Assembly: GCA_025201805.1 (NCBI GenBank) | Contig: MU619249.1 | Span: 233,109 to 297,108 of the forward strand | From: Parasitella parasitica NRRL 2501 | Taxonomy: Eukaryota > Fungi > Mucoromycota | Direction: 5' to 3' | DNA: 64,000 nt | Shown here: positions 26,943-39,248 of the stretch, piece by piece | Numbering within the stretch: the first letter of the stretch is position 1 | Layout of the letters: every line of letters starts with the position of its first letter | Made by a program: the position numbers and the translations under genes | The notes under the pieces: generated by a model | The model's input: the letters and a program-made list of their open reading frames with translations, nothing else | The model's database searches: none | Told to the model about the DNA's origin: nothing

Positions 26943-28606
26943 ATGTGGAAGTCCATACCAGATGTTGAATCAAAAATTGTTCAGGCTAGTCTCAACAAAT
27001 ATAACCAGCTCTCCAAGCAGGGGAAGCCAATTTTGCACCAGCAAAAGGCCGAATGGACAGTGCTGGCTTCAATCGTTATGATTCATTGCAGTATGTGTTT
27101 ATAATATCTACAAGGCTACATGTGTTTGACGTAATTATCACCAGCAAGTAAGGATGACTATTCGATCGAGGTCATATCTCTTGGGTAAGGAGAGACAGAG
27201 AGACAGAGAGAGAGAGAGAGAAAGCGTCTATAATAAGGGGTAAATGAGCTTATTCTGTTATTTTTAATATATGCAGAACAGGCCTCAAATGTTTGCCGTT
27301 TAGTAAACTTTGCAAGAAGGGTGATTTATTAAATGATGGCCATGCAGAGGTAATTGCTCGCAGAGGATTTATAAAGTATTTATCTATATTCAATATATAC
27401 ATACACAGCAAAATATTTTAATGCACACTGTCATAGATATTTGCTTGAGATTTACACCAAACAGCATGACCATGACACGTTCCCATTCATTAAGCGAGAC
27501 GCTTGCCTGGAGCTACGTCCGGAATATTCGATCCACATGTATGTGAGCCAATCTCCCTGTAGGTATGTGTATGGAACCGTGTCGGCCGACATCTAACGAC
27601 GACAGCAACAGGCGGCGATGCGTCCATGTCTGCACTGGCGTCAGGTCAATCCCAAGAATCCAAAGACATATTTGAGTCTGGCAAAAAACGCAAAGGAGCA
27701 CCAACAATGGGCGATTATCCATATTTCACTGAAAACATTTATGCAAATAAAAGGTTAAAAATGACTGGAAATGGTGTTCGCGATCAAACGGCAACCAAAC
27801 AGTTTCAAAGAGGTCGATTTGATTTTAGTCAAATTGGGATTTTGAGAACTAAACCAGGTCAGTTTCGTTTTCTTTTGTGTAAGCTGCTAAATAGTTGACA
27901 TTGCTATGCGGTTACGGTAGGCCGACTGGATTCCGAACCAACGCTCTGTATGTCATGCAGCGACAAATTGGCAAGGTGGAATGTATTGGGGTTGCAGTCT
28001 GCTTTACTATCAAATACATACCATCCACTTTATCTTGATTCCGTTATTGTCGGTGACATGTTTGATCAGCAAGCATTAGAAAGAGCACTATACGGAAGAA
28101 TAGCATCCGTTAAAGGTATACTTGAGTGCATAAATACTCCAATTCGGTGAATTATCAGGCTAATCACATGATATTTGTACACAAAAGATCTGCCCGAGCC
28201 ATATAGGTTGAACTGCCCCAAGATTGTGTCTGCGGATATACCCTTTGCCTACTCTAAATCTTGGCTAGAGGACACTGGCAAGTACAAGGCGGTTGTGTCT
28301 TGTGGAACCTGCTTGTCTTGGGTCATAGGTATGGACAAGTCAGAAGTTTTTGCGAACGGCAGCAAACAGGGTGCACCCAAGAACAAGCCTGTTAATGCTA
28401 AAACAAGACCTTCTCTGTGTAAAAAAAGCTTATATAACAAGTTGGTGTCCAACGGTTTGGTTCAAGATGGTGCGCTATCTTATGGCCAATGCAAACAAAA
28501 GGCTGATCTATATCAAAAGGCCAAACAGTGCCTGCTGGATCAAGTGTTTGATACCTGGGTACAAACTCCTAGCGATTACCAGGACTTTACCTTATCACCA
28601 CAGTAA
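26943..28606 (+). CDS. TAD1: tRNA-specific adenosine-37 deaminase ADAT1/Tad1 (multi-exon)
   Basis: EWTVLAS, SLGTGLKC, NDGHAEVIARRG, SQSPCGDAS, LRTKPGR and MSCSDKLARWNVLGLQ. No dsRNA-binding domains seen. Confidence 0.9.
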
Positions 28607-29091
28607 AATAAAAAGAGCTATATATCACTATATACTCTTTGTTTGTTTGTTGTTATTTGTTATAATACCGTTGCATGTGTGTCTCATCTTGTATAAATTT
28701 CTCTCCTTAATCCTATGGTCACACATATACATTTTGTCATGTAAGCACGGCTCTCAAGGATTCGGTTAGAAAACAAGTGTGAAGTGCACTTTACACTGAT
28801 GCGTATTTAATAGAATGGTGTTCTTCCGTTGAAGGATGTATCAAAATTGCAACCAGAGAAGCTGGACAGGTATCCATTAATGACAGCAGTGGTTGGATCA
28901 TGTAGTACTAAGCCAATTGATACTGCCTTATATGTATACATCATTATATAAATGCAATGGCAAGATAGCATTCGCAATGTACTGTGAGCATATCCATCAC
29001 ATCAGAAAAGCACACCCGACCCCTTGTTTTTCTCGACAGCTTACTATAATTTACCGCCTTTTTTTCTATTTGGTCTAATTTCTTCCTCCTT

Positions 29092-29092
<1 letters not shown>

Positions 29093-29129
<37 letters not shown>

Positions 29130-29194
29130 GTTAATAATTATAAACCTCAAGGTACCTTCTCCTTTCTTTCTTTTTACTATTCTCTCTTTTTTTT

Positions 29195-29276
<82 letters not shown>
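29093..29276. repeat. (CT)n microsatellite and ~80-nt poly-T tract upstream of the RNB gene
   Basis: Directly visible. Confidence 0.9.
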
Positions 29277-29279
<3 letters not shown>

Positions 29280-29426
29280 GGCAAGAAGGCACCGCATTTC
29301 AGATCAGATTTACAACGACAATACCCAGAAAAAAAAAGGATTTCCCATTCACAAAGCTCATCGAAATCCATTCCATTCGTTTTATAGTCATCATACAAAA
29401 ACAAATTTGTGTTTGTTAATCGCAGA

Positions 29427-29685
29427 ATGGATAATAACTTGGATCTAGAAGGCCAAACTGCCCCTGAATCTACGCGAGGATTGTTTGATGCTCCAGATGT
29501 GAGGCCTTTATTCATGCAATTTATTATTATTATTATATGCTAACAACCAATTTCAGAGTCCCAAAAGAGGTGATTGGGTTGGAAGACGTCGATCTATCGA
29601 ATTGAGCGCTCGGGGCACCAATCCCAAAACATTTGGAATGGCAAACAAGCCCCTTCAACAACAGCAACAGCAACAGCAACAACAA

Positions 29686-29717
<32 letters not shown>

Positions 29718-30156
29718 ACAGCAGCAGCAGCAGCATCGCTCAAGTGGATTGCATACTGTTAATGAAGAAGACTTTTACAGCCAAAAACAGCAGCAAAGAA
29801 AATACAATCGTGAGTCGATCCGTCACACGGACTATAGCCCACTACAGCAAAGAGACTCTATCGATTCGTCGTCATCTTCGTCACTATTTCAACGAAAACA
29901 ACGCTCTTCAGTAACTCATTTCAACAACTTCCCCTTGCTTAAAAGACCAGACGAAACTGACGAGACGCCAAGTCGTATGTCCAGGGCAGATGTGCTGGCA
30001 GAGACTGAGGCAAAGCTGAATGGACACAATGCAGTCCCAGTAACATCAAACCGTTTCAGTACAAACAGTGGTTTTAATGACAAGCAAAACCGTCGCTTAT
30101 CTGAGCCAAATGCCCGCTTCCACAGCTATGGTAACAGCTACACTCAGCAGCAGCAA

Positions 30157-30200
<44 letters not shown>

Positions 30201-33189
30201 AGACTACTACAGCGAAAGGCCATCATTTGGCAGCAGTAAGCGCATGTCTTACCAGCAGTCTTCTTCAACCTCAAGACAGTATTCGTCCGAAGCCACAGAC
30301 GTCGCTTCAAGAAGGCTTTCATTATCCAAGCTGAATCTCATGGATGTAGACAAAAGAAGCTCTGTGCGCGACTGGAGATCAAAAAGTCCAACCTCCATCA
30401 CGCCCATGCCATCTTCATCGCACACATCTCGACCCAACTCCATGATCAACCACAGCCACCGTCTCTCCACTGGCTCCTTCATCATGGATGCTGGTGCTGG
30501 TGGCAATGGCCATCAGCGCAAGCCCTTGTTTACCTCACATCTACCCTTCTCGTCTGTGGTGCCTTACCTCAAATCAAACATGCTGGTGAGCGGCTTGCTT
30601 CGCGTCAACAAGCGCAATCGGTCTGACGCCTACGTGTTTTGCGAAGAATTCAATGCAGATATATACATTTGCGGTTCGCGCGATCGCAACCGTGCTTTAG
30701 AAGGAGACAATGTCGCTGTGAAGCTGATTGAAGTGGACCAGGTCATGCTGGAGAAGCACGAAAAGGAAGAGGCTAAACTGGCCAGGAACAATGGCCACCC
30801 TGTAGTGAGAAAGCCTGATGAGGAGGACGAGAAGGAGATTATTTTTGGTGGCGAAGAAGACGTGGATTTGGTGCCTCCCAAGTTTTGCGGTGTCGTGGTT
30901 GCTATTTTGGACCGTGCTCAAAAACAAGTGTTTTCAGGCACATTGGGTCTGACTCGTCCCAGTAACAAAAGAAAGGGCGAGGATCAACAGCAGCAGCACC
31001 AGCAGCAACGTGAAAGCTCTGTACCTCGTATTATTTGGTTCAAGCCTACCGACAAGCGTGTGCCTTTGATTGCTATCCCTGTGGAGCAAGCACCTCCTGG
31101 ATTCATAGAGAATAGTGATGCTTTTGAGAACAAGCTCTTTTTGGTAAGTTGGGACAGGGACCCACAGAATAAAAGAATCTAACTCTGCAAATTCTCGTAG
31201 GGTTCGATCAAACGATGGCCCATCACCTCTTTGCATCCATTTGGCGTGCTTGAAAATGAGCTTGGTGTGGTTGAAGACATTCGGGTCCAATTGAGAGCCA
31301 TAATAGCCGACAACAATGTCAATTCCTTGCCCTACACTGACGCAATGTCAACATATAATGTCTTGAGCGCGGAAATGGTAGAAAGAGAAATCGCAAGCAA
31401 AGCACGCCGTGATTTGCGCTCTACGCGATGTGTTACTATTGTCGATGAGGATGGAGGCTTTTTGGAGAATGCCTTGTCAATCACACCCATACAGGACACC
31501 ACTGCTTTTGAAGTGGGGATCCATGTCGCTGATATCACTGCTTTTATCAGCGCAGACTCTGCCCTGGATAAAGAAGCACGATCAAGAGGCATTGATGTCT
31601 ATCACACTATTTTTGAAAAGGTGCCTTTATGGCCTGACTCTTTGAAGGAAGAGTGCACGAATCTTGTGCAAGGTAAAGACAGATTTGCATTCTCGATTAT
31701 TTGGACCATGACAAGCACTGGGGAAATCATCGACACTTGGTTTGGAAAAACTGTCGTCAAGTAAGTCTCGATTGGCTGCTGATGTATTCCTGCCTTCCAT
31801 TTCCTAACCATCTCTAATAGCTCCAATGCAGTAATGACCCTGAGAGAGCTGCAGAATATTATCGATAGCCCCAGGAACGATCAGAGCGATCTTTCATCAG
31901 ACATACTCTCACTGTTTTCCATCTCGTGCTCCCTCCGTCAATCGCGGTCTGAGAAGGCGCTCTTCATCAAGCCTCCACAGCTCGATATTCGCTTCAAAGA
32001 CGACAGCTACCCTAGTAGCATCTCCACCAAAACGCACCTCAAATCTGAATGCATACTGGAAGAGTTCCAAATCCTGGCCAACACACAAGTCGCTCAAAAG
32101 ATCAGCAGCCATCTGCCTGACCATGCTTTGCTAAGGTCTCAATCACCGCCAAACGAGCGAAAGTTGCGTGATCTGACTCAATATCTGGACAGTTTGGGCT
32201 ACGTTATTCATCCTGAGACACCGAGCAGTCTTCAGAAATCCATCGATGCCATTGAGAACCCTGAAGCCAAGACCGTCATTATGACTCTGGTTATGAAATC
32301 AATGAGTCAGGAAAAGTACTTTTGCACCGGAGCATTCGACATTAACCGCTACCATCATTACGCCAATAACGCGCCGCTGTACACACACTTTTGCTCGCCT
32401 ACCAAGAGATATGCCGACACCATTGTTCATCGTCAAATGGAGGCGTTCATCAAGGGCGACAACTACTTTTTCATGGAACCCGAGATTGTCCAAAAGACGG
32501 CACAGCTATGCAATGTCAAGACAAGGGCCGCTGAAAATGCCAATGAGCAAACACAGCACATGTTTTCGTCCTACTATTTGGCAAACAATTCGGGCGTGTC
32601 TACAAACCGTATCCAGGATGCTATCGTTGTCGGGGTACAAGAAGGCGCCTTTGATGTGATTGTGCCTGGCTTGGGCCTCGAGCGACGCATTCATACTATC
32701 AATCTGCCCCTGAAATCAGACACCTACAGTCTCTCTGAAAATGTGCTACATTTGATTTGGGTTCAAGGAGAGGCAACTGTCGATGCTGGTGTAGAAACTG
32801 CCATTTCTACCGATGACGATGACGACGATGACGAGTACGATGATAGCATTATAGATACCTATAGTGTTCGAGACGATATCGACTCGCCAGAAGAAGATGC
32901 CATTCTAGCAGATATCGGAAAGGATGAGCAGGTCAAGCGTCTGTCTATCAAGTCGTCGTCTACTGCGGCTCTTGATGAATTAAAAAAGAATCGCAGAAGG
33001 TCCACTTCCATCCGAGCTATTCAGGGCGAGGATGCTTGGATCACGCAGAAAGAATGCACCTTCCCCAACGAGTGTCGTCAATTGATCCGACCCTTTGACT
33101 TTGTAAAAGTAGTAGTTACTGCTGATCCCATTCGTAGCTCTCCTTTGATAAGAGTTTTAGCTGCTAATCCTTTTGTTACGAAGCAGTGA
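29427..33189 (+). CDS. Dis3L2/Ssd1-like RNase II (RNB)-family protein with polyQ N-terminus, likely a pseudonuclease (4 exons)
   Basis: CSD motifs LRVNKRNRSDAY, DRNRALEGD, WFKPTDKRVP and WPITSLHPFG; RNB motifs RRDLR, EVGIHVADI, EEFQILAN and HFCSPTKRYAD. The active-site loop reads TIVDEDGGFLENALS. Confidence 0.92.
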
Positions 33190-33213
33190 TACGCATTTTG
33201 AACAATAAAGCTG

Positions 33214-33253
<40 letters not shown>

Positions 33254-33488
33254 GCTAGTATTGAGTTGTATACAACATCAATTTCGCTGCAAAGAAGCAG
33301 TGAACTACAAACAACAGCTCTTTGTCACTTTTCTTAAGCTCAGGGATCCTTGTTTTAGGGGTTCTTTGTTTAATCACATAGTAGATTTGAAAATAAAAGT
33401 ATAGATCAAGAGCTTCTTTCAGTGTATCCTCTAATAACACCACTCGTAATTTTTTTGTCTTTATTTTTTAGCGGTTGAAATGGGCAGT

Positions 33489-34943
33489 TTACCAGCTTGT
33501 CCACTCATCATCCGAATTCTCGTCTCTTTTGCTGGTGGTAGCAGTTTTTCTCGCTGTCGTTTCTCTGAGAGGCGTTCTATTTCGTGGAGGAGCTTGAGAA
33601 GGAGAAGCACTACGAGAAGTAGGGGCGGATTGTTGCTGCAGTGAAGAGATGGTAGAGTTAAAGAAATCGTCATTGGTATTATCGTTGCTGGTATGACTAG
33701 ATGAGCTATAGCTACTTCTCAAACTGACGTTACTGTTACTTCTGTGAGCGACATTCAAAGAGTCGCTAACAAGACTTCTAGTCTTTTCACTGATATTTTG
33801 CACATAGCCGCTAACATTGCTTCTAAAGTTGGGATCATTCCACTGTGTTTGAGCCGGCTTGACATAATTGTCATTTGCATAGCGAGCACCTTGAGCAGCT
33901 GCTTTACCCAACTCTTCCACACCCATTGATAAAAGCGACCAGCCCTTTGTTAATGCCTGCATTGGATCGTTTATAATATCTTCAATGCCTGATGCTGACG
34001 GCGTCCTAGAATTGGATTGGTTTTCAAATGCTGGATTCCCAAAACCTGTAAACTTGCCGCCTTGGCTTGGAGGTAAATTACTACAGCACATGCAATTTTA
34101 CAATCCAGTAAATATGAATCCACCATATTGGTATAACAGTAATAATAATAATAATAGTACATACGCATCTCTACTTTCGTTTGCTTGGCCTAATTTAGCA
34201 AAGAAATTTTCAGTTCTCTCCTTGTCCCCAACTAGTCCAGCAGCATTGTTGCCAAGCGCTGGAGAACTCCTTCCAGATGAATTGTTGCTACGCTGACCGC
34301 CCAGAGATCGAGTAGCTGCAGTAGCTCTCTTTGGAGTGGGAGCTGCTATGGGCGTCGAGGATGCAGCAGCCAGTGTAGGTGTCCATGTTCTGCCCTCAGC
34401 TTCCGCACTCAGCTGTATGATAGAAAAATGATGAGCCAGAAACCTTTTTTGGTATGCAAAAACGAACCTACTTTATCACGGTATAAGGTGGCAAACCTGC
34501 TGCTGTACTTTTGAAGAGGTTCCATTTTGGGGGAGTAATCCGACTGGGATTCGAAGAATTCTCTCGCATTCTTGTTGCCACCAATCTAGATGCATAACAC
34601 ATGATATTTGAATTAAAGAAAGGGATCAAGCATGTTTTCATAGAGTATTTACATCCATTTTCTTGAGCTGATCGTCGAACCATTTATCCATGCTGATAGA
34701 GCGAACAAAACTAAAACGACCCAAAAGCAAAATCAAAACCATGCAAACCATGCAAACCATGCGTGTTGCTCCACATTACCTGATATGAACACCAAATGAA
34801 CGATGTACGCCTGAACAGTCGAGACAAATAAAGATACCATAGCTCACACTTGCCCACTGTGGGTTGGGGGCAGGGCAATCAAAACAAGTACGGTTTTCAG
34901 ATCTTCTCTGGATTTCGTAGAGCTTCTGCTTGTATTCAGCCAT
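33489..34943 (-). CDS. GCS1: ArfGAP1/Gcs1-like ADP-ribosylation factor GAP (multi-exon)
   Basis: [40 protein letters not shown] zinc finger; ALPS-like TKGWSLLS; acidic Trp C-terminus. Confidence 0.92.
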
Positions 34944-36164
34944 GCTGTATTCGATATGTGAAAATTAGTAAGCCTTCGTTCTATAGTAATGGTGCTTACA
35001 TGTAGCAATGTTTAGCTGTTGTGAGGAAAAACAAAGAAGAAGAAAAAAAAGAAGACAAAATTTGGAATGGAACAATAAACCCTTTGGGTCTCCGTTGATC
35101 GACCACGACATGTTTATCAAGGCAACAGTTTTATTCGAAAAAAAAAATAAGTCTTTCTTTGGTTGGATTATTTTAATGCCTGTCAGAGAAGCTATCAAGT
35201 CTTTCACACAATTTTTTTTCGGGGTGGCAGTCGCCGATTTCACTGCAACATCGTCTTTCGTCGCATGCTTGGCCATAATCAGCACATGGATCCGGAATTC
35301 TGTACAGACCCGCACTTACAGAAAGTAAATGATAAACAACACCAAGAAGAGAGAAAGGATACTGATTGAGCTAAACGTCGTCATTTTATGATTTAAGGGA
35401 AGTAATGAATATATACAATTGGAAAACAGAGAAAGAAGTTATGGACAAGGCCCTCTTTTTTATACCATTTCATTTCCCTGAATAATGCGCACTCTTCCCT
35501 TTTATAAAAAAAACAACTAGCAGAATAGGGTCGTCGTTGTCTATTACACGTTCTCAATCAGGTAATATGATTCATCATTGTTCGATGATGCAGTGATTGT
35601 TGTTTCATTGAATTGTAAATGTGGCAAACAGGTGTATAGAAGGTAAAGAGACAAAGAGTAGACCTGGGTCTTAAACTGGCCTCTTTCTTTGCAGCCCTGA
35701 CTGAAGAATATAATCTGCAGATAATAACAAGGAAACACTCAAACGCTATTTTGTTTATTCTACACAAAAAACCAGATTGCCATTGCTTTTTTTGGTCAAA
35801 TGCTGTGTCAAACTTTAGAATTTGTATTTCAAATTTTTATTAAGCAGTAGAAATTTTTATTGAGCAATAGATATTTTTTTTTTTAACAATAATGGTTAAA
35901 CAAAATGTGTAAGCTGGGTAAGCAAATGGGTAAGCTGGGAAAGTGATGGTGTTTTTTTATTTCCCAAAAATTCTATTTTCAAACGCAATTCACTGTATCG
36001 TAGATATATCCTTATTAACCAAGGAAACGACAATTGATTGTTGTTGACCATGCTGTGTACTCAATCTCTATATGCGCTTTCCTTAAATAAATTACAAGCA
36101 CACATACATTTTGGCAATAAAATAGGTTTAATCTTTACAATTTCCAGAGAAGAGGAGAGGAGCC

Positions 36165-36334
36165 TTACAGGTCCATTCTTGGAGCTTGTTCATACGATTT
36201 GCATATGCAATAAATATCGTCACAACAAGGCATAGGCGTTTTTCGGTCGCAAGAGCCGCCTATTGAGCTACAATATGGCTTCATAGAGAGTAGTTAGGCA
36301 GTCAAATAGTAATGGTTGAACCAAAGGCATTCAT
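36165..36334 (-). pseudogene. Decayed paralog of the knottin-like peptide gene
   Basis: 36284-36165 reads MKPYCSSIGGSCDRKTPMPCCDDIYCICKSYEQAPRMDL* (C-x6-C-x7-CC-x4-C). The upstream ATG at 36334 (MNAFGSTITI*) is in another frame and interrupted by stops. Confidence 0.6.
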
Positions 36335-36765
36335 TATATGATTGTTGTGCGTAAATAGGATGAGGAAACATGCTGTGCTTATATTCTTTGTTGTTTGACG
36401 ATTGCATGGAAACGTTTGTACGATGACGAACTTTGATTGTCATATAGACTATGCTTTTCTTTATTAATTAATTAATACCTAAAATTTCCTATGTTAACAT
36501 CATTATAATAACTAAGGTTGACTGAGTTGAATGCTTTTATTTATTGATTTTTGGGTAAAGGGAAAGAGAAATCCCGCAGATCTAGGAAGAAAAGTTCCAT
36601 TGTCATTGCTTAGATGGCTTTTCTGCTTCAATATTATATGATTTACAACAATGGATTTCCGAACGAATTATCGGTGGAAAAATAATAATGTATACGACGT
36701 ACGCAAAATAGATATTTCTAATGCTCTGACGAAAAGTTGATGTATTTCGATGAAAATCGTTGATT

Positions 36766-36945
36766 CTACCATAATCGTTTAAACCCTTGGCATGTCTTTT
36801 CTACTTGATCGCATTGAAGTTGGCGGCAACAACCCGTATCCCACGAATTGTCACATTCGGAGCCTTCTGGGATACACCCCTTGACAATAAGTAAATGGCT
36901 TGTCAGCACCAAAAGAGCAGCAGTTAACAAACTAAACGTCTTCAT
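36766..36945 (-). CDS. Small secreted cysteine-rich peptide with inhibitor-cystine-knot spacing (59 aa)
   Basis: MKTFSLLTAALLVLTSHLLIVKG-CIPEGSECDNSWDTGCCRQLQCDQVEKTCQGFKRLW*. Hydrophobic signal peptide, C-x6-C-x7-CC-x4-C-x6-C, AAA immediately before the ATG, TATAAAA upstream. Confidence 0.85.
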   Translation of the reverse strand: MKTFSLLTAALLVLTSHLLIVKGCIPEGSECDNSWDTGCCRQLQCDQVEKTCQGFKRLW

Positions 36946-37010
36946 TTTATGGTTTCCNNNNNNNNNNAAAAAAAAAAAAAGAAAAAAAAAAGCAATAGGC
37001 GAAATCCTTA

Positions 37011-37017
37011 TTTTATA
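37011..37017 (-). promoter_or_regulatory. TATA box candidate for the knottin-like peptide gene
   Basis: TATAAAA on the minus strand about 66 nt upstream of ATG 36945 (distance spans a short N gap). Confidence 0.45.
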
Positions 37018-39248
37018 CCCCCTTTGCCTTAACTAAATGTATTATTGTCTCTTGCATGCATGTAGCAGTGGTATTCACATCTGAAATTCAGTGCTCTTAA
37101 ACGTATCTTATATACGTATATTTATTTTTTTTACTGAATTACTTGGCACACTTTCGTCTGAATTAAATTCTATCAACATACATTATATAAAAATATATCA
37201 TGTTGCATTTATGCTGACACATATATACAGCCACAGTGAACTTGTGGTCGGTTGTTTTTCCATCTCAAATGGTATTCGCGTTCTTTATGCGATATATCAT
37301 AGATCGAGAACAGAATAAAGGTTCATCTTTCTGCGCACTACAAGGTACAAAATGTTTTAATACAGGACATGCTTGTGAGCAGAAACGATTCATCACACCG
37401 CGTGCATGTGCATTGAATAAAGACTTCAAGGTGTTATATGTTTTTATTTTATTTTATATTATCCTTTATCCATTTTATACTTTATTCTTCATATCTTATC
37501 CTTCTATTCTTATATAATTGATGATTGCGCCTGCCGCTTGATTACACTCAAACCTCTGTAATTTACACGGAGCAAATAATAAAAACCTTTAAAAAAAAAG
37601 GTGTTATTTGAAGGAAGCCGCTCGATGAATTGCTTGTTTCCCGTTTTGAAACAAAGTTGAAAACATGTATAACTGCAATAGTCATGGCCCATCTGATATT
37701 TCCCTTGCGGAATTTCTGTTCTACTGCCAACGAAATTTCCTTCCACTGTTTCATTTAGAAACAACTCGATTCACCATACTGGTATATTTTACTCTCAAAT
37801 TATAATGGAACTTTTTGTTCCTTCTGTTTAACAAATGCGACGAAATGACGAGTTTATGAGAGTTTGCTGGGATCAATCTATTTAAGTTGGTGTAACCTTA
37901 TGGCGAAGCAACAGCTTAAAAGTTTGCTTGCAAAGACCTGCTATATTTAGTGCCTTATGATAGTTCGATCACAGGTTAAATTTGCTCCATTTTTGTTTAA
38001 CAAAATGTATAAATAAATTGACCATGGTAGCACTTCATGTATGTCACATCATGAGAAAAAAATAAAAAAATTACTAACGACATAGTGCTATTGGGATGAA
38101 CACATATAAATGTTAACACACCAACGCTGAGCTTGAGCAAGTTTAGACACATCAGCGCTGAGCTTGAGCAAGTTCAGATACTACAAGAATTCAGGTATAT
38201 AGCAAGACTGAATCCACATGCCTATGCAACATTTCTAAAGGACCCTATTGTTAGCGTAGTAAGAACCAAAAATCAATCTTTGGCAAAAACCTGTTATTGA
38301 ACTAAACCTCTTATTCGTTAATGTATACAAATAATATAGAAGGGCTGAGAACTCAGCATTAATCTTGGAGTAAATAACTAAATCAAAGATGTTCAGTTAT
38401 ATGCATATAGGCAAAGATATATCTTGTTACAAGATCTCATAAGGATCACCGTTTGTTTCGTAATCACATATTATGAGAAAAAACTAAGACCTAGTCAAGT
38501 TCCCCTCCCTCACCCCCGGTTACATATGTGAGGTTATTTGTTTTATTCATGTGGGATCTACTTCATTATATATGGTGATACTTTCAGCGATCTGTCAAAC
38601 AAACTATAATTTGTAATAAATGGTCTCTGGTATTCTCAACTGTATGGATATGGTTATATTTCACGTTTTGCATGTTATATCTTGTGTCAATTATTTTTAG
38701 GACTTTTTATCGAAAGATTTGTCTTCTTTGAACATACATATGAGGTACATTGGCTCCCTATTACTTATTCTCTGAATTCTATTATAATTACATAACTGTC
38801 ATGTATAAAGGGAATTTTTGTTTGTTTCAAATGGTTACTTTTTCGGCTCAATATACTCTTATGATGATCGGTAAAAAAGTCTAACATTAAACACCAAAAA
38901 TATCCTTCCAATAGGTCTACAGGTGTCTCATGGAAGAACCCAAGTTACACAGATAATGTACTCGCCCCTTTAGCCCCCCCATCTCCTGTTATCCCGTCTT
39001 GCTTCCTTGAAGTTGGTTGGTCGATCCTATATCTTACGCGCAAATGGTATCACGCGAGGTCCTCTCTCCACAATAGCACATTTTAAAAAAAAAGGACCCC
39101 CCCCCAGATGTACCGTAACAATCTTTTATTATTCATTAGTTATTGTACCTTTTGAAAACGCTGCGTCTTACCCGGGAAAAATTTTTTTGTACAAATAGGT
39201 TGCGAAACATCGGGCATGCCTCTTTCTTTTTCTTTCTTGTTCAAAAAA

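Noticed and set aside
29533-30334. Antisense and alternate-frame poly-L/A/S/T ORFs
   Set aside because: Shadows of CAG/CAA polyQ tracts in the RNB gene.
34737-34762. AAACCATGC-type 9-bp unit repeated three times
   Set aside because: Short slippage repeat inside an ArfGAP intron with no sign of function.
37543-37568. TACACTCAAACCTCTGTAA resembling a Tc1/pogo TIR start
   Set aside because: No convincing matching inverted partner or transposase nearby.
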